From positions 162,502,001 to 162,566,000 of the forward strand of contig JBNRSN020000005.1 of the NCBI GenBank assembly GCA_051313645.2: a DNA stretch of 64,000 bases, in the 5' to 3' direction. The DNA is from Centroscyllium fabricii (Eukaryota). The stretch's first letter is position 1, and the number at the start of each line of letters is the position of its first letter. A program made the position numbers and the translations under genes. Under the pieces are notes generated by a model. That model was not told the origin of the DNA. It made no database searches and saw nothing but the letters and a program-made list of their open reading frames with translations. Shown here piece by piece: positions 60,301 to 64,000 of this stretch.

Positions 60301-62221
60301 GCTGGAGGGTATACAATTTTAAATTATGGTACACGCGTCCCTTGACTGTGAGCGTGACGGAGCAGTAGCCGGTGACGTCCGCGGTGTGGGACTGAGAAGC
60401 TAGGGAGACTTGGTAGCTAGTGGGCAGGACCTGCAGTCCGCAGCGCTGTACTGTATCGGGGTGTACGAAGCTCTCCGTGCTTCCAGTGTCAAACAGGCAG
60501 TTAACGGTATAGTCGTTAATCTTAATGGGCATAATAGAGTTAGACAGGGTATGTGGCCTGTCCTGGTTCACTCTGAGTCTGGCCGCCGCAGCCGTACATT
60601 TTCGTATGTGTGGGCCCCCTGCTGGTCGGGGCTGTACGCAAGATGGCGGCGCCCCTGGCTCGCACATGGTGGGGCCCTGGAGACAAAATGGCGGCGCCCC
60701 TGGCTCGCACATGGTGGGGCCCTGGATACAAAATGGTGGTGCCCCTGGCTCGCACATGGTGGGGCCCTGGATACAAAATGGCGGCGCCAAGGGGTCGCAC
60801 ATGGTGGTCCGCTGTGAGTGCGCTGGCGGCGCCCGTGATTCGCATGCAGCGGACCGCGGTGACTGGGTTGGCGGTGCCCATGATTCGCACGCAGCGAGCC
60901 GCGGTGGTCGGGTTGGCGGTGCCCGTGATTCGCACGCAGCCGGCCGCATTGGGGGGTCGCGCTTGGCCGGCCTTTGCCACATCGGGGTGGGAGATGGGGG
61001 CGCTTGTTTTCTACCCCCGGACCGTCGCTGGATCGCGCTGCTATTGCAGCTTACCTGGTGTCTGTCGGTGCTCTCACAGGCTGCACTGTTGTACCTTGGG
61101 TTAGGCGCTGCTGGAGCTGATCTGCAGGCTTTAGCATAATGTCCTTTCTTAGCGCACCTCTCGCAGGTCGCTGTCCTGGCTGTGCATCTCGCTCTTGGGT
61201 GCAGTCCCTGGCTGCAGAAGTAGCAGCGCTTATCTTTTGTGGCTGTCGCAGCCATCGTGGGGGTCTCGACCCGTTGTGGTGCTGCCCAGGCCTGGGCCCG
61301 TTGTGGCGCGGCCCATATGTCGTAGGCATGCGGGTTAGTGCCGCTGTAAGCCTGTAATTTGTTTCGGGCCCCCTCTACTGAGTTGGATATCGTAATCGCA
61401 TCCTCAAGGGACAGAGTGTCTTTCTCCAGCAGCCGCTGGCGGGCTTCCACACACCTCAGTCCAGTAACATAAGCGTCCCGAACGAGAAGGTTCGCCTCCT
61501 CTTCAGCCGTTCTGGCTTGGCAGCCACAGACCCGTACCAGGGCCTGGAGCGCTTGCTCGAACTGCTCACTGGTCTCACCCGGTAGCTGAGATCTGGTTGC
61601 AAGCACATGTCTGGCGTATACCGAATGTACCGGGCGCTCGTAGCACTTCCTTAGCTTCTCCACGGCCACTGGGTAGGTTGAGGCGTTTCTGATGAGGGAG
61701 AATACCCTGCTGGAGATCCTCGACCGGAGGACCTGCAATTTGTTCCCGTCCGTTGTAGCCTTGGCGGCGTCCATGTAGGCCTCCAGGAGGCCGAACCAGT
61801 GTTCGAACGTGGTAGCAGCGGCCAGGTCCTGGGGACTGATGTCCAGCTTCTCTGGTTTAACTGCGCTGCTCTCCATTTTAAAATACTTAGCGATTAAAAT
61901 TGACATATCGTCAATATCTCCGATTAAATGAGTCGACGAGTAGTTACCGTAACTAAAGGCTTTTAATCGCTAAGTTTGGAGCTACCCTCCGGAATGAACT
62001 TCTGTACAGGAATGAGGAGCCTCGGTCAGTTTCCACCTATAAAGGGCCTCACCTGGGGGAGGAGTTAGAGGTGTGGCTGACCTGGCTCCCAACAGTATTA
62101 CACAGGTTACAGGGCTATGCCCAACAGTATTACACAGGTTACAGGGCTGTGCCTTACATCTGCACAGCCCATTATTGGCACAATAATACTGTGGTAACAA
62201 TTACATAATATGGTTACCACA
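57313..62221 (-). mobile_element. Ty3/Gypsy element D (YLDN family), young and full length
   Basis: 321-bp LTRs 57313-57633 and 61901-62221 (5 differences counted by eye), TSD ATGGC, PPT AAGAAGGGGTGAA. Confidence 0.98.
57896..61876 (-). CDS. Single-ORF gag-pol polyprotein (1326 aa from MESSAVKP)
   Basis: Two CCHC knuckles, LFDTGS, STIDLKSAYHQ, FPYLDN, ESDAS, H..H..CPVC, LSVEFKGP, HSDRG, NGQVER. Confidence 0.95.
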   Translation of the reverse strand: MESSAVKPEKLDISPQDLAAATTFEHWFGLLEAYMDAAKATTDGNKLQVLRSRISSRVFSLIRNASTYPVAVEKLRKCYERPVHSVYARHVLATRSQLPGETSEQFEQALQALVRVCGCQARTAEEEANLLVRDAYVTGLRCVEARQRLLEKDTLSLEDAITISNSVEGARNKLQAYSGTNPHAYDIWAAPQRAQAWAAPQRVETPTMAATATKDKRCYFCSQGLHPRARCTARTATCERCAKKGHYAKACRSAPAAPNPRYNSAACESTDRHQVSCNSSAIQRRSGGRKQAPPSPTPMWQRPAKRDPPMRPAACESRAPPTRPPRLAACESWAPPTQSPRSAACESRAPPAHSQRTTMCDPLAPPFCIQGPTMCEPGAPPFCIQGPTMCEPGAPPFCLQGPTMCEPGAPPSCVQPRPAGGPHIRKCTAAAARLRVNQDRPHTLSNSIMPIKINDYTVNCLFDTGSTESFVHPDTVQRCGLQVLPTSYQVSLASQSHTADVTGYCSVTLTVKGRVYHNLKLYTLQQLCAPALLVLDFQCHLKSVTMEFGGTLPPLTVSSRDNPFPKRSPACGLSTLKIDPPSLFANLDPKCKPIATKSRRYSVGDRTFIRSEVGQMLKEGIIEASTSPWRAQVVVVKSGKKQRLVIDYSQTINRYTGLDAYPLPRISDMVNQIARYKVFSTIDLKSAYHQLPIRKADRPYTAFEANGRLYHFLRVPFGVTYGVSVFQREMDRMVDQNELQATFPYLDNVTICGHDQQDHDANLARFLDTADKLDLTYNKDKCVFNTDRLAILGYVVENGVLGSDPQRMRPLQELPLPHNPKDLRRCLGFFSYYAQWVPQFADKARPLLKAAVFPLSVEAQTAFARIKEDIIKATMLAVDESIPFQVESDASDIALAATLNQAGRPVAFFSCTLQGPETRHSAVEKEAQAIVEAVRYWRHYMAGKRFTLLTDQQSVAFMFNNKQRCKIKNDKILRWRIELSTYEYDILYRPGKLNEPPDALSRGTCASAQLDRLKDLHDRLCHPGVTRLAHFVRTRSLSYSITEIKAMTRECPVCAECKPHFFRPDTAHLIKATRPFERLSVEFKGPLPSTDRNSYFLTVVDEFSRFPFAFPCADMTSATVIKHFTTLFAIFGLPSYIHSDRGSSFMSDKLRQFLLQKGVATSRTTSYNPRGNGQVERENGIIWKAVTLALKSRGLPVAHWQAVLPDALHSICSLLCTATNTTPHDLIFAFPRKSTSGTALPPWLTTPGPVFLRRHVRSHKTDPLVDKVQLLHANPHYAFVQFPDGREDTVSIRDLAPAGSTTAEPLVTSRPLSHCIQRTHQAHDGP

Positions 62222-62275
62222 ATGGCGGAGCGGGGCCGAATGGCCTACTCCTGCTCCTATCTTCTATGTTTCATT

Positions 62276-63069
62276 GGGGGGGAATTTCATGTCCCCGTGA
62301 GGCGGGAATTTCATGTCCCCGTGAGGCGGGGTTTTCGGCGGAGGAACTGATGGGTTGCGACCCCCTCCGCCCCCCCACGCCATTTTTTCATTTTCCCCTG
62401 CCCAGATTCCCCGCCCCGAAACCTTCCCGCCGCCGGCCGGCGGGGATGGTTTGTCACCTCGTTACGGGCCCTTAATTGGCATGTTTAATGCCATTTTAAG
62501 GGCCCTCAGCCATTTTGACCTGTTTCCCGCCCTAACCCCGTCACCTTAAACCCCGCTGGGTGAAACCCAGCGGGAGCACAGCGCTGGTTATCACTTTCTC
62601 CTTCAAGGTGTGAAGGACATGCTGCCAAATGCTTGGCATGCCTCCAGCACCTTAGAGGAGACATTTACTCCATGGTGGCTGCAGCAGCTGTGAGCAGAAA
62701 CTGAGAAATCTCAGCTTTGCACATTTGCTCACAGCCGGTGCGAGCTGTCAAGGATTCTGAGCCCGCCTGCCCACCTGTCAGTCACCAGCACTTGACCTTT
62801 CCCATTGGTTCCACTTGACTGTGATGTCACAGTGGAGTGTTTCCATGGGAATTGTCAACAACCAGTGCTGGAACTGTCAATCAAACTCCTCGCAGCCCTG
62901 CTGGAGCCCGACTCGATTGACTTAATTACCACCCGCTGCCGCCGGCGTGGATTTAACAACCCAATTAAATTAAAATTCCGTGGCCTTCCCAGCTGTTTGG
63001 GTGGGCGGGACAAGAAGCTGCCCTAACCAATCCCCGCCAGGTTCTCGCCCTTCCGGCAAAATCTCCCCC
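62276..63069. mobile_element. Harbinger-type MITE in the CR1 tail
   Basis: GGGGGGAATTT / AAAATCTCCCCC termini, GC-rich subterminal motifs; CTATGTTT tail on both sides. Confidence 0.6.
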
Positions 63070-63775
63070 TATGTTTCTATGTTCAACCCCCAAAGCCCCT
63101 CACTGTCGAAGACTTCTGCCAACTTCCTTTATAAGACCAAAGTCCAAAGGCCCCCATCATCATCCTACTTCAAAAAATCGCAAGCCTCCCCAAAAATTAA
63201 CTTAGAAATCTATGTGCTGAAGCCGTTTACTTTCCATAAGAGCATTCACTCAAAAGGTGCCAAAAAATCCATTCTCCGAAAGGGATCAGCTTTTCTCTTA
63301 AAAGTGGCAAAGGATGCCAGGCCCATGTCTGAAGCTCTCTCATGCGCAGGCATTGGGGGGTGCTTTAAGGAATTAGGCTTGGTTCCACTCTCTGCAGAGA
63401 CAGCGTCACCTTCAACCATTGTGTAACACCCGGCCCAAAGGCAAGCTGTAACACCCACCTTCTGGACCGGCCAATATGGGTTACTGGGTCAGTTCTAGGT
63501 TCTTGCAGGAGTAAGGCAAAAAAAAACAGCACCAAATTAGACCAGAGACCAAGCACAGTTTCTTTTAAAAAACGGAACTTTACTTAATTAACAAGAATAT
63601 ATACAATTTTGAAATGCAAGATATATATATATACACAACTATGAAAATATAATACAGTATATAACACAGAACCACAGTTCAAAATGGGTTGGCTCGCCAT
63701 TCTGAACAAAAGTCTTAGATGTTCTCTCAGCTCGTTGGCTGCCTTCTCTTTCAGTTTGAATTCCAACTGCCTCTG

Positions 63776-63940
63776 CCGCTGGTCTTCCTCGGCGCCGCCG
63801 CCTTCTTCTGCCAGCGGGTGAGAGCTACAGGTCGAGTTCTCACCTCCCGCTGGTCTTCCTCGCCGCCTTCTTCTGCCAGCGGGTGAGAGCTGCAGGTCGA
63901 GTTCTCACCTCCCGCTGGTCTTCCTCGCCGCCGCCGCCTT
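63776..63940. repeat. ~63-69-bp tandem repeat with internal hairpin, in a possible LTR-like segment running off the window
   Basis: CCGCTGGTCTTCCTC(G)GCC..TTCTTCTGCCAGCGGGTGAGAGCT.CAGGTCGAGTTCTCACCT, about 2.5 copies. Confidence 0.75.
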
Positions 63941-64000
63941 CAGGGTTGAGGGGGGTTTCTCAGCTCAGCCTAGCTGCTGCTTGCTGTCGATGGCCGGGGT

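Noticed and set aside
61877-61906. MSILIAKYFK N-terminal extension of Gypsy D ORF
   Set aside because: Starts inside the LTR and spans the PBS position; relatives start at the MES/MDK ATG just downstream.
62980-63426. 148-aa ORF
   Set aside because: Begins inside a MITE; no recognisable domain or splice support.

Overview
Eukaryotic, transposon-saturated vertebrate DNA, most likely from a cartilaginous fish (inferred from HER1/CR1-type LINEs, an HE1-like tRNA V-SINE and shark-type Penelope repeats). About two-thirds of the window is nested mobile DNA: many CR1 and L2 LINE pieces, one near-intact full-length CR1 (esterase ORF1 + EN/RT ORF2), four related Ty3/Gypsy elements on the minus strand (one with an open 1326-aa gag-pol and ~98% identical LTRs), one Mag-type Gypsy, several solo LTRs, a decayed ERV-like element with an env remnant, a Harbinger transposase split over ~7.7 kb, hAT/Tc1-mariner/Harbinger-type MITEs and Penelope pLTRs carrying minimal hammerhead ribozymes. 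The only good host-gene signal is a minus-strand terminal exon (36963-37031, AKEMRQMVKLEAEMARRPATVV*) followed by a TE-free candidate 3' UTR. The most interesting signal is in the minus-strand Gypsy family. It has no tRNA primer-binding site; the PBS position instead holds an 11-15 nt reverse complement of the element's own LTR poly(A)-signal region, and this co-varies across three divergent members. Its RT reads YLDN rather than YxDD. A 5.8-kb Penelope-bounded, TSD-flanked unit containing a full-length CR1 is also notable. All calls come from reading the sequence by eye; no searches were run.
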